Shown piece by piece: positions 7,420-16,675 of a stretch of DNA of 64,000 nt. Position 1 is the stretch's first letter. Every line of letters starts with the position of its first letter. The notes under the pieces were generated by a model. The model saw only the letters and a program-made list of their open reading frames with translations, searched no databases and had not been told where the DNA came from. Location of the stretch: contig WSNO01000008.1 of assembly GCA_009773415.1 (NCBI GenBank), forward strand, positions 9,600 through 73,599. Reading direction: 5' to 3'. The stretch comes from Nitrospirota bacterium. GTDB taxonomy: Bacteria > Nitrospirota > Thermodesulfovibrionia > Thermodesulfovibrionales > Dissulfurispiraceae. The position numbers were made by a program, and so were the translations under genes.

Positions 7420-9933
7420 GTGACAATCCGCTCCGTCAAAACATGGCTGACGCATATAGCAATAACGCTCTTCGCGATCACGATTTGCCTCTGCATTGCA
7501 GCACTCCTGATTCTGAACAGTCCCACCGTGCTGAATGCGGTCGCCGGCATATTCGGTTATGAAGTGCATGCCGAGAGCGCCTCTTTTTCACCGCTGTTCT
7601 CAGGAGAAATCAAAAACCTCTCGGTAAAAAAAGCGGGCGGCGATGAATTCACGCTTCTTTGCGAGAATGTGAATGTAAAAAATGCGCTCGATCTTATGCT
7701 CAAAGGAAATATTGATGCGCTGATTCTCGAAAAACCGAAACTCTCCTTCCGTATCGGCAAGAAAAAAAGCGACTTCTCTTTTCTGAACAAGCTGCCGGAT
7801 ATTCGCCTTCTTGATATCCGGAATGCCGAGGCAGTGCTCACATTTGAAGGCAATGAGCAGAAAGTGACGCTGAACTCCTTCAGCTTCACGCTCAAAAACT
7901 TTTCGCCGAAGCGCGGCGGAGAACTTGCGCTTGATTCAGCATTCTCTTTTGCCGACAGCCCGAGAAAAGAGCTTTCCGCTTCGGGGCAACTCAAAGCCGC
8001 CTTCAAGCTTGCCGGAGCATTCCCCCCGTACGGAACGGGAACGGCTGACCTCATGATTGACAATGCGTCGTATATGCTCGATGGAAAAAAATCGGCGGTA
8101 AGCGCACTGAAACTGACCGCCGACATGACATTTGATCGGAAAACCGAAACATTCACGCTTCGTTCGCTGAAAGGAACAAGCAGGCAGTTCGGCACTATTG
8201 GGGGAACAGCGCACGCGGTTCTGCGAGGCGACAACCCGTGGTCGGCTGCGCTCGCTGTTACGTCCATAGATTTTTCCCAGGCCTTCGCCGTCGCCTCACC
8301 GGTGCTGCCGGAGGAATACCGAACATGGACCATGCAGGGCAAGGGCGCTGTCGAGACAAGCCTAAGCGGCACCTATGCAAAGGAGCAGCTTGCAATGCAG
8401 GGAACGCTCACCTTTAATTTCAATGAAGCCGGCTTCAGTTCGCCCGATGCGGCAAAGGCTGCCCAGGGGGTCAGCGGCAAAGTCGTACTGAAACTGCAGT
8501 ACGGTCCGCAGGAGCAGAAAATTGCTTTTTCCGGCCAGGCTGAGCTTGCAGGGGGAGAATACCTCTGGGGGAAATTTTACAGCAATCTCGCAGGAAGAAG
8601 AGCAGGTCTGACCGCGGAGGGCTCTTTTTTTTTGAGCGAAAAACGACTCCAATTCTCTTCGACTGCAGATTTTTTCGGGATAGCAACCGCCGCACTTTCC
8701 TTTGACGGCACCGCTTCCGGCTGGAAAGCAGAGATAACCAATGCGGCAATTCGCAACGACCTCGCCGTCAGCCTTCTGCTGAAGGATTTTCTGGAAACTG
8801 CCAGCCCAACTTTGAAGGGTCTTTCTGTGGCAGGCGCAGCAACCATTTCTGCACAGATTGAGCGATCAACCGCCGGCACCTCCGTCAGAGGGATGCTGAA
8901 TATGCGAGACGCGTCGGTTCTGGTCCCCGGACGCGAGTTGTCGGTTGAGAAGGTTTCGATGCATCTGCCGCTCTGGCTGCTCCTGACCCCTGACGGCAAA
9001 ACGGTTCAGCACCCCGGTGAAAGCGAAAAGGGAACCGTCGAGATTTCCGGATTTCAGAAGGGAAAACTGAAGATAGCTAACATCACGGTTCCCCTGACCA
9101 TCAGCCGGAATTATATTCGCATTGCAGAACCGGTTTCTGTGCCGCTCTTTGGAGGCTCCTTCGTACTGTATCGCCTGGGGGTTGACGATATTCCGCATCC
9201 TTCCGTCGGCTTCCGCCTTGGCGTCCGGATTGAGAGTGTTGATCTGGGGCAGCTTACGTCAGAACTTTTCGACAACGAGTATGCCGGAACTATTTTTGCG
9301 GACACCGGCATTCTCCGCTATCGCAACGAACGGCTGGAAGGGGACGGTCAGTTTCTTGTCCGCGTATTCGGAGGAGAAATTTCATTTGAGGACTTCTTTT
9401 TCGATAAAATGTTTTCCTCCGGGCGCAGCTATGGAGGAACCGTTGTATTCTCTGCCATCAGCCTTGAGCAGGTGACACAGAAAATTCCGGTGGGACATAT
9501 GACCGGGATCATTCAGGGCTCGCTCAGAAATTTTGTGATGGAGTACGGCCAGCCGGCAAGTTTTGATCTTGATGTCCGGTCGGTTGATACAAGAGGCGTA
9601 AAGCAGAGGATCAGCATGGATGCTATAGAGAGCATCACCGTGCTCGGCACCGGCGTCAGGACCTCCGTGAAGGGAGGGCTGACATCTCTTTTCCGGGACT
9701 TTCCGTACAGCAAAATCGGGCTGAAGTGTTCACTTCGCAACGACGTGTTCATCATAAGGGGAACGGTTCAGTCCGGGGGAAAGGAATATATTGTCAAACG
9801 CGGATGGCTGCGCGGCGTCGACGTCATCAACCAGAACCCGGACAACAGAATCAGCTTTCAGGACATGCAGGAGCGTCTTGAGCGCATCATGAAGTCAGAA
9901 GGAGTCTCTCCGGGCATTCCCGAGGTGAAATGA
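7420..9933 (+). CDS. Large membrane-anchored AsmA-like / YdbH-like protein (putative intermembrane lipid transport)
   Basis: 837 aa with a single N-terminal TM helix and a long beta-rich body. It lies immediately upstream of a clear YdbL homolog, as in the E. coli ydbH-ynbE-ydbL operon. GTG start with a GGGAGAAG RBS. Confidence 0.6.
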   Translation: MTIRSVKTWLTHIAITLFAITICLCIAALLILNSPTVLNAVAGIFGYEVHAESASFSPLFSGEIKNLSVKKAGGDEFTLLCENVNVKNALDLMLKGNIDALILEKPKLSFRIGKKKSDFSFLNKLPDIRLLDIRNAEAVLTFEGNEQKVTLNSFSFTLKNFSPKRGGELALDSAFSFADSPRKELSASGQLKAAFKLAGAFPPYGTGTADLMIDNASYMLDGKKSAVSALKLTADMTFDRKTETFTLRSLKGTSRQFGTIGGTAHAVLRGDNPWSAALAVTSIDFSQAFAVASPVLPEEYRTWTMQGKGAVETSLSGTYAKEQLAMQGTLTFNFNEAGFSSPDAAKAAQGVSGKVVLKLQYGPQEQKIAFSGQAELAGGEYLWGKFYSNLAGRRAGLTAEGSFFLSEKRLQFSSTADFFGIATAALSFDGTASGWKAEITNAAIRNDLAVSLLLKDFLETASPTLKGLSVAGAATISAQIERSTAGTSVRGMLNMRDASVLVPGRELSVEKVSMHLPLWLLLTPDGKTVQHPGESEKGTVEISGFQKGKLKIANITVPLTISRNYIRIAEPVSVPLFGGSFVLYRLGVDDIPHPSVGFRLGVRIESVDLGQLTSELFDNEYAGTIFADTGILRYRNERLEGDGQFLVRVFGGEISFEDFFFDKMFSSGRSYGGTVVFSAISLEQVTQKIPVGHMTGIIQGSLRNFVMEYGQPASFDLDVRSVDTRGVKQRISMDAIESITVLGTGVRTSVKGGLTSLFRDFPYSKIGLKCSLRNDVFIIRGTVQSGGKEYIVKRGWLRGVDVINQNPDNRISFQDMQERLERIMKSEGVSPGIPEVK

Positions 9934-10124
9934 TTCTTGAGCTTCCGGCCGTTCTTTTTCCGGCACGCCCACCCTCTGCAAAATGCACCGGAAAAGGGTA
10001 AAATAGACGGCAGTACAGAAGCAATAAAAAGCGGAACTTCTGAACTATTGCGCGAAGTATAGTCAGCCTCAAATGGTTTCGAGATGCGCTTTTGGGTTTT
10101 ACATCTTTTATCAAGGAGGATTCC

Positions 10125-10712
10125 ATGACAAAAAAAGCAGTACTTGCAGCAGGGCTTCTTGTGCTCTTTCTGGTTTCATGCGTTACCGTCAACCTCTATT
10201 TCCCTGCATCAGAGATGAGAAAAGCTGCGGACAGGATGGTTGACGAGGAATTGAAGGGAAAACCTGCAGATCAGCAGCCGAAGAGCCAGCAGGGCAGCAG
10301 CGTGCGCGAACATATGAATCTCTTCAGCTTCGGCCCGGCAGCGGCGCACGCGGCTGAAGTCGACGTCAACGTCTCAACCCCGACCATTCGGGCACTCAGA
10401 GAATCACTGATTAACCGCTTCCAGGAACTGCGTCCCTATTTCGACAAAGGGGCTTTGGGCAGCACCAATAACGGGTATATCGCTATTCGCGACGCCTCCT
10501 CGCTGACGCTCCGCGAGCGGGCTGAGGTCAACACGCTTATTGATGCCCAGAACAAGGATCGCAAAGCACTGTATGAAGAAATTGTCGCAGCAAACCGGCT
10601 CGGGCGCGATGCGGTTCCCCGTGTTGAAAAGACATTTGCCGCGAGTTGGCGGGATCGTGCGCGGCCGGGATGGTGGGTGCAGCAGGACGACGGCCAGTGG
10701 ATGAGGAAGTAG
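10125..10712 (+). CDS. ydbL: Lipoprotein with C-terminal YdbL (DUF1318) domain
   Basis: It has an AAGGAGGA RBS and an LVSC lipobox. The C-terminus ...NKDRKALYEEIVAANRL...PGWWVQQDDGQWMRK matches E. coli YdbL (...GEYVQGINGKWVRK). Confidence 0.8.
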   Translation: MTKKAVLAAGLLVLFLVSCVTVNLYFPASEMRKAADRMVDEELKGKPADQQPKSQQGSSVREHMNLFSFGPAAAHAAEVDVNVSTPTIRALRESLINRFQELRPYFDKGALGSTNNGYIAIRDASSLTLRERAEVNTLIDAQNKDRKALYEEIVAANRLGRDAVPRVEKTFAASWRDRARPGWWVQQDDGQWMRK

Positions 10713-10716
10713 CCCC

Positions 10717-11541
10717 ATGAAAATCCAGATCGGCTCTCTCTCTGCTGAAACGGACACACTTCCGCTGATTATTGCCGGCCCATGTGTTATTGAAGACGAA
10801 GACACGGTATTTGAAACAGCGCATCAGTTGAAGGAGATGACCGTTGAGCTCGGGTTGCCGTTTGTTTTCAAAAGTTCTTTTGACAAGGCGAACCGCTCCT
10901 CCGTGACATCCTTCCGGGGACCCGGCAGAGAGAAAGGTCTCCGCATTCTTTCCGATGTGCGAAGCCGGTTCGGCATGCCGGTCATTTCCGATATTCATTC
11001 GGTTGAGGATGTGGCTCCCGCAGCCGAAGTGCTTGATATGTTGCAGCTCCCGGCATTCCTCTGCCGTCAGACCGATCTGATCGTAGCCGCGGCGCAAACG
11101 GGCAAACCGGTCAATATCAAAAAAGGCCAGTTCCTGGCGCCGTGGGACGTCAAGAACATCATCGACAAATTCAAATCGACCGGCAATGCAAACCTTTTTC
11201 TGACTGAACGGGGAACGCTCTTCGGCTACAACAATCTGGTTGTCGACTTCCGTTCGTTTCCGATTATGCGCTCCTTCGGCGTGCCGGCGATATTCGATGT
11301 CACCCATAGTCTCCAGTTGCCGGGAGGCCAGGGCGAATGCTCCGGAGGTCAGCGGGAATTCGCGCTCCCGCTCGCGAAAGCGGCGGCAGCGGCGGGCGTC
11401 GACGGGCTTTTCATGGAAGTGCATCCCGACCCTGACAAGTCAAAGTGCGATGGTCCGAACATGATTCCGCTCAGCGCGGTCCGTTCATTGCTCAAGGCGG
11501 TTGCCGCGATTCACTCACTTACGCGGGAGCCGTTTGCATAA
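10717..11541 (+). CDS. kdsA: 2-dehydro-3-deoxyphosphooctonate aldolase (Kdo-8-P synthase)
   Basis: Motifs FKSSFDKANRSS, LQLPAFLCRQTDL, FDVTHSLQ and HPDPDKSKCDGPNMIPL align along E. coli KdsA. Confidence 0.95.
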   Translation: MKIQIGSLSAETDTLPLIIAGPCVIEDEDTVFETAHQLKEMTVELGLPFVFKSSFDKANRSSVTSFRGPGREKGLRILSDVRSRFGMPVISDIHSVEDVAPAAEVLDMLQLPAFLCRQTDLIVAAAQTGKPVNIKKGQFLAPWDVKNIIDKFKSTGNANLFLTERGTLFGYNNLVVDFRSFPIMRSFGVPAIFDVTHSLQLPGGQGECSGGQREFALPLAKAAAAAGVDGLFMEVHPDPDKSKCDGPNMIPLSAVRSLLKAVAAIHSLTREPFA

Positions 11542-12521
11542 TGCCGGATACCCCGCAGGATCTTGTCGACATAGCCCGGCGCGTTTTGCGTATTGAGTCG
11601 GAAGCGGTTGCCGCGCTCTCCGGCAAGCTGACGGAAAGTTTTGCTGAAGCCGTAAATGTGATTGCAATGGCTCCGGGACGCGTTGTGGTGACCGGCATGG
11701 GCAAGTCGGGGCTCGTTGGCAAAAAGATTGCCGCCACGCTTGCATCAACCGGCACGCCGTCGTTCTTTGTTCATTCTGCCGAGGCAAGCCACGGCGACCT
11801 CGGCATGATTACCGGACGCGATGTAATCATCGCGCTGTCCAACAGCGGAGAAACAGAGGAACTCGTAAATCTCATCCCGTTTTTCAAGCGCTTTGCCGTG
11901 CGGCTGATCGCTTTGACCGGCAATCCCAAATCGACGCTTGCGCGGGCTGCCGACGTTCATCTCGATGTCGGAGTTCGTGAAGAAGCCTGTCCGCTCGGGA
12001 TTGTGCCGACAGCCTCCACAACCGCAGCGCTCGCCATGGGAGATGCCCTTGCCGTCGCCCTGCTCAGCAAAAATGGTTTTCTGGAAGAGGATTTCGCGCG
12101 ATATCATCCCGGAGGCAGCCTCGGGAAAAAGCTGTTCATCACGGTGAAGGATCTTATGCACACGGCTGATTCGGTTCCTGTTGTCGGGCCGGAGACGCCC
12201 ATGATGCGGGCGGTCGTCGAGATATCCTCAAAGCGTCTCGGCCTTGCTGTCGTCGCGGATGCAGAGCGGAAAATACTCGGCGTAGTCACTGACGGAGATA
12301 TCCGGCGCGGCATCGAGAAGTGGGGGAAGTCATTTTTCGACATGACTGCGGGCGAGGTGATGACGAGAAATCCCAGATGCATCGAACCCGGCGACCTTGC
12401 CGCACGAGCGCTCGCCATCATGGAGGAAAAACAGATTACGGCTCTTGTCGTTCCTGATGCTGCCGGAGCTGTGCTCGGCATCGTCCATTTTCACGACATC
12501 CTAAAGAAAGGCATCATATAG
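11541..12521 (+). CDS. kdsD: Arabinose-5-phosphate isomerase (SIS + 2 CBS)
   Basis: It has GMGKSGLVGKKIAATLASTGTPSFFVH and a C-terminal CBS pair. The ATG overlaps the kdsA stop (TAATG). Confidence 0.9.
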   Translation: MPDTPQDLVDIARRVLRIESEAVAALSGKLTESFAEAVNVIAMAPGRVVVTGMGKSGLVGKKIAATLASTGTPSFFVHSAEASHGDLGMITGRDVIIALSNSGETEELVNLIPFFKRFAVRLIALTGNPKSTLARAADVHLDVGVREEACPLGIVPTASTTAALAMGDALAVALLSKNGFLEEDFARYHPGGSLGKKLFITVKDLMHTADSVPVVGPETPMMRAVVEISSKRLGLAVVADAERKILGVVTDGDIRRGIEKWGKSFFDMTAGEVMTRNPRCIEPGDLAARALAIMEEKQITALVVPDAAGAVLGIVHFHDILKKGII

Positions 12522-12529
12522 GTATCCCC

Positions 12530-13063
12530 ATGAATGAGCCGCACCTTTCCGAGCGGGCGAAACATGTTCGCCTGCTGATTCTCGATGTTGACGGGGTCAT
12601 GACGGACGGCAGCATTACCCTCGACAACAACGGCAACGAATTGAAGTCGTTTCACGTCCGTGACGGCCACGGAATTAAAATGCTCCAGAAGGCCGGCATC
12701 GAGATCGCAATTATTACCGGCAGAACCTCTGAGGTGGTCGGGCGTCGTGCGGCTGAACTCGGCATTCAATATGTTTATCAGGGAGCTCTGAAAAAAGCGG
12801 TCGCCTATGAAGAGTTGCGCGTGAAGACGGGCATACCTGCCAATGAAATAGCATGCATCGGAGATGATATTGTCGACATCCCGATTCTTCGCCGCGTTGC
12901 GCTGCCTGTCGCTGTTGCCGATGCGACCGAGGAGACAAAAGCTGCCGCCGTTTACGTTACGCACGCGCGCGGCGGGCGCGGCGCGGTGCGCGAGGTGTGC
13001 GAGATAATTCTGAAGGCAAACGGAAAGTGGGAAGATCTCTTCGATGCGTACCGCCACGGTTAA
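12530..13063 (+). CDS. kdsC: Kdo-8-phosphate phosphatase (HAD)
   Basis: LLILDVDGVMTDGSI and CIGDDIVDIPIL are HAD motifs, and the gene follows kdsA-kdsD. Confidence 0.9.
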   Translation: MNEPHLSERAKHVRLLILDVDGVMTDGSITLDNNGNELKSFHVRDGHGIKMLQKAGIEIAIITGRTSEVVGRRAAELGIQYVYQGALKKAVAYEELRVKTGIPANEIACIGDDIVDIPILRRVALPVAVADATEETKAAAVYVTHARGGRGAVREVCEIILKANGKWEDLFDAYRHG

Positions 13064-13577
13064 TATTCCGACGGTGCTGACCGTCGGCAGAATTGCTCTC
13101 ATCCCGGTTTTTGTGCTCTTCACGCCGGAAAAGCCTTTATTGGGGGTCGCTCTTTTTCTGGTTGCGGCGGTCACTGATTTTTTCGACGGATATCTTGCCC
13201 GACGCACAGGTCAGGTAACCAAGCTCGGCATCATTCTCGATCCGATTGCGGACAAGCTGCTCGTCATCGCTGCCCTGGTGCTCCTGGTTGATATGGTCCG
13301 GATTTCATCGTGGGTGGCAATAGTCATCATCCTGCGCGAATTTCTTGTCACCACGTTTCGCTTCGTCGCACTTTCCAAGGGGATCGTCATGCCTGCAGAG
13401 CAGAGCGGAAAGACAAAAACAGTGCTGCAAATGATTGCTGTTGTCCTGCTTCTTCTGCCCGGCGGCTTTGCCGGTCTCGATTTTTATGATGCGGGGCTTG
13501 TAACGATCTATCTTGCAGCGATACTTGCAGTTGTCTCAGGAATCAAATATACCATTTCTTTCTGGAGGCAAATATAG
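13044..13577 (+). CDS. pgsA: CDP-diacylglycerol--glycerol-3-phosphate 3-phosphatidyltransferase
   Basis: It carries the CDP-alcohol phosphatidyltransferase motif DFFDGYLARRTGQVTKLGIILDPIADK and multiple TM helices. Confidence 0.9.
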   Translation: MRTATVNIPTVLTVGRIALIPVFVLFTPEKPLLGVALFLVAAVTDFFDGYLARRTGQVTKLGIILDPIADKLLVIAALVLLVDMVRISSWVAIVIILREFLVTTFRFVALSKGIVMPAEQSGKTKTVLQMIAVVLLLLPGGFAGLDFYDAGLVTIYLAAILAVVSGIKYTISFWRQI

Positions 13578-14233
13578 TGTTTGACAATGCAACAGTCCTA
13601 GGACTCTTCTGGTGCGCCGCCTTTCTGCTTGGCTCCATCCCCCCCGGTCTCGTTATCGCACGATTGAGGGGCGTCGATATCAGGAATGTTGGAAGCCGCA
13701 ACATCGGGACGACCAACGTCCTCCGCAGTGTCGGCAAAACCGAAGCAGCTCTTACTCTTGCATTCGATATAGCAAAGGGACTGCTGCCGGTGCTGCTGGT
13801 CGGCCCGCTCTTCCGGTGGCTCGAGTTGCCGATACCGGTGCTGAGCATTTTTGTTGACTACACCTCCAATACGCTGCTTGTCGCGCAGGGCCTCATTGGA
13901 CTGGCAGCTATTCTTGGCCATAACTTCTCTGTCTTTCTTGCATTCAAGGGAGGCAAGGGAGTTGCGACAAGTATCGGTGTAGTCTTCGGACTTGCGCCGT
14001 ATGTCGGCCTGATGATTGTTACGCTCTGGATGTTTACTTTCTCAAAGACCAGAATCTCGTCAATGGGTGCGCTTGTGGCATTCGGATTGTTGCCGATTAT
14101 TATGTACTTTTATGATACGTCGATCGAAAAGACTGCTATCGCAGGCGTCATATCTCTCCTGCTGTATATCCGGCACATCCCCAACATCAAGCGCCTTATT
14201 CAGGGCACTGAAGGCAAGTTTCTCAAGAAATGA
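13577..14233 (+). CDS. plsY: Glycerol-3-phosphate acyltransferase PlsY
   Basis: It matches [32 protein letters not shown] and [17 protein letters not shown]. Confidence 0.9.
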   Translation: MFDNATVLGLFWCAAFLLGSIPPGLVIARLRGVDIRNVGSRNIGTTNVLRSVGKTEAALTLAFDIAKGLLPVLLVGPLFRWLELPIPVLSIFVDYTSNTLLVAQGLIGLAAILGHNFSVFLAFKGGKGVATSIGVVFGLAPYVGLMIVTLWMFTFSKTRISSMGALVAFGLLPIIMYFYDTSIEKTAIAGVISLLLYIRHIPNIKRLIQGTEGKFLKK

Positions 14234-15078
14234 AAAAGGGGCTTGTTCTGCTGAGCGGCGGTGTCGACTCCGCCACAACGATGGCGATTGCCCGGTCCGG
14301 GGGATACAGCGTATATGCCCTGAGCTTCAACTACGGACAGCGTCATGCGATAGAACTCGAAGCGGCAAAACGCGTTGCCCGGCAACTCGGCGCAGCACAG
14401 CATCTGGTCATTGATTTTAATCTGCGTGAGATTGGCGGCTCCGCACTGACCAGTTCCATTGACGTTCCGAAAGATACGATCCGGAATGCAGAACCCGGAA
14501 CACAGAACCCGGAATTTTCGACCGACCAGTCTGTAATCTGCAATCAAAATTCAGCAATTCCTGTCACATATGTTCCAGCCCGCAACACCATCTTTCTTTC
14601 CTTTGCACTCGGCTGGGCCGAAGTGCTGAAGGCCGCCGACATTTTCATCGGTGCCAATGCCGTTGATTACAGCGGCTACCCTGATTGCCGGCCCGAATAT
14701 CTGAAAGCATTTGAAGACATGGCCAATCTTGCAACAAAAGTTGCCGTCGAGGGCTCAGTAAGATTCAGCATCAAGGCTCCTCTCTTGCAGATGACCAAGG
14801 GAGAGATTATCCGCAGGGGGATTTCCCTCGGACTGGATTACGGACTGACCTGGAGCTGCTATGATCCGCAGGAGAACAGCGCAAAAGAGCAGAAGAGCGA
14901 CAGTCCGGAAGCTGATAATAAAGCACCAGACCGGCAGACCCTTTCTTGCGAAGCCTTGCAGGCTTCCGAGCTTCATGCCTTCCGCGCCCGGTATCGTCCA
15001 TGCGGCCGCTGTGACAGCTGCATTTTCCGGAAAAAAGGTTTTGCGGAAGCGGGGATACATGACCCCGCTCTGCAGTAG
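14230..15078 (+). CDS. queC: 7-cyano-7-deazaguanine synthase with two insertions
   Basis: It has the SGGVDS PP-loop, [15 protein letters not shown] and a C-terminal CGRCDSC. At 282 aa it is longer than the roughly 220-230 aa usual for QueC. Confidence 0.9.
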   Translation: MKKGLVLLSGGVDSATTMAIARSGGYSVYALSFNYGQRHAIELEAAKRVARQLGAAQHLVIDFNLREIGGSALTSSIDVPKDTIRNAEPGTQNPEFSTDQSVICNQNSAIPVTYVPARNTIFLSFALGWAEVLKAADIFIGANAVDYSGYPDCRPEYLKAFEDMANLATKVAVEGSVRFSIKAPLLQMTKGEIIRRGISLGLDYGLTWSCYDPQENSAKEQKSDSPEADNKAPDRQTLSCEALQASELHAFRARYRPCGRCDSCIFRKKGFAEAGIHDPALQ

Positions 15079-15087
15079 GAGGATTTT

Positions 15088-15414
15088 ATGCGCAGCCGGA
15101 AACCGTTTCGGTCATCATCACCAGCCAAACAGACAACCGAGTCAGCCGCAGATATTGCCCGGCGGCTGCGCGGTGAAAACGCGCCGGCCGCGAACAGCTA
15201 TCGCGAACAGTCGCTCAGAATTCATGGTCTTATTTGCGCCAAGTGCGCCCGTGAGTTCGACGAAAAGAATCGTCATCTGCTCACGGTACACCACAAGGAC
15301 AGCAACTCCCGCAACAATCCGCCCGACGGCTCCAACTGGGAGAATCTCTGCATTTACTGCCACGAGGACGAGCACAGCAGAGGACTGCTCGGAGATTATT
15401 TTACGAAGAAATAG
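15088..15414 (+). CDS. yajD: YajD-type HNH nuclease family protein
   Basis: YREQSLRIHGLICAKCAREF...LTVHHKD...NNPPDGSNWENLCIYCHEDEH parallels E. coli YajD. Confidence 0.8.
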   Translation: MRSRKPFRSSSPAKQTTESAADIARRLRGENAPAANSYREQSLRIHGLICAKCAREFDEKNRHLLTVHHKDSNSRNNPPDGSNWENLCIYCHEDEHSRGLLGDYFTKK

Positions 15415-15584
15415 AACAGCATCGAGGTCTTGTCAATAAGTGTGTAAAAAGCTGTCCTGCGCAGCAAAAGCGTTTACAGGAGGACTTCCGGTTAAGAGAA
15501 CTAAGTATCAGGTTACTGAAAAATTCTTCAAAGGATGAAGCTCAATGCAGAATATTTATGCATTGGGAGCATCCCGCCTCCCCA

Positions 15585-16166
15585 CTATCGGAAATAATAG
15601 TGCCAGACAAGAAAGAGAAGAAACAGCGCAAGGCTGAATGCCTCTCCGAGCAAAATAAAAATAGTGATGCGGCGGCCAAAAGGACTCATTCTGAGCCACA
15701 AGCGGTCTACAAAATATTTCCAGAGCCGGCTGCGCAGCGTCCGGCGGCTTGTCACCACAAGATAGTTGCCGACACTCCTGAGCCACAGGTTAATCTCGGT
15801 CTTGTCGTCATCAGACAGCGCGGATTCTGATTCTTCCTCATAGAGAAGTTTTGTTGCAGAACCTTGCGGCTGAACGGCAATGCTGAACTTTCGATTCTGC
15901 GTTCCCTCAAGCGCCAGCGCGAGGCGCTCTCCTTCGACGAGGTCCGTGATGCTGACCTGATACGCAACCTGTTCCTCACTGCGGTCGTACCTGACCGTCA
16001 CGGCAAAGGTGCTGCCCTGCGTGAAAACATACTTCCCGAAGGATTCGACGTCCCACTGGGGATTGAGACGAAACCATCGTTCCAGATCAGAAAAAAAGGC
16101 AAACACCCTTTGGGGAGGAAGTGCCAAAACGAGAGAATACGAGTAGTTCATGCCTTTATCGGACAA
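15585..16166 (-). CDS. SRPBCC (START/polyketide-cyclase-like) domain protein with C-terminal TM helix
   Basis: The N-terminal pattern (LPPQRVFAFFSDLERWFRLNPQW) is SRPBCC-like, and the C-terminal tail is hydrophobic. The start overlaps the upstream USP stop. Confidence 0.55.
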   Translation of the reverse strand: MSDKGMNYSYSLVLALPPQRVFAFFSDLERWFRLNPQWDVESFGKYVFTQGSTFAVTVRYDRSEEQVAYQVSITDLVEGERLALALEGTQNRKFSIAVQPQGSATKLLYEEESESALSDDDKTEINLWLRSVGNYLVVTSRRTLRSRLWKYFVDRLWLRMSPFGRRITIFILLGEAFSLALFLLFLVWHYYFR

Positions 16167-16605
16167 CCAGCAGGGGGATCGGGCACTTCCTGAAGACTTT
16201 CTCGGAAAGCTTGAACGATTCGAAGCGCTCTTTCCATCCTTTCAGAACCTTCGATCCCATGACAACCATATCATAGGAATTATCATCAAGCTCTTTCAGA
16301 ATTTCCTCAGTCGGGTCGCCATAGCGCAGCAGAACGGATACAGGAAGCCCGGTTTCTGCTGCGCGTGCCGCAAATGCTGCAACAGCAGCTTCCCCCTCGG
16401 CCTGAAGACTTTTATCCAGATGTTCGCGGCACTCATCACGATTGACGGCGTATATTTCATTGGTGAATTTCTTCAGAAAAGGGTCAACAACGTGGAGCGC
16501 CGTTACGGAAGCTCCGATGCCGAGGCTGATAGTCAGCGCATATTCTTCAGCTTTTTTTGTCTGCTCCTCGCCGTCCGTGCACAGCAGAATTTTTTTCATT
16601 TCCAT
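16156..16605 (-). CDS. Universal stress protein (UspA family)
   Basis: KKILLCTDGEE...ALHVVD...MVVMGSK... is a USP fold pattern. An AGGAG RBS lies 6 nt upstream. Confidence 0.85.
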   Translation of the reverse strand: MEMKKILLCTDGEEQTKKAEEYALTISLGIGASVTALHVVDPFLKKFTNEIYAVNRDECREHLDKSLQAEGEAAVAAFAARAAETGLPVSVLLRYGDPTEEILKELDDNSYDMVVMGSKVLKGWKERFESFKLSEKVFRKCPIPLLVVR

Positions 16606-16675
16606 TCATCGCTCCTAAAAAACGGGACATATCCCATTATACGGGATATGTCCCAAAACCCAGAAGGAGGGTGGG

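Noticed and set aside
11445-11540. An upstream extension of the kdsD ORF that overlaps kdsA by 97 nt.
   Set aside because: The extension has no similarity to KdsD N-termini. The ATG at 11541 overlaps the kdsA stop (TAATG) and begins the conserved sequence.
15459-15473. A short hairpin, GCTGTCCTGCGCAGC, between yajD and the SRPBCC gene, considered as a terminator.
   Set aside because: The stem is only 5 bp and includes a G-U pair. It lies about 110 nt beyond the minus-strand stop, which is too weak to call.
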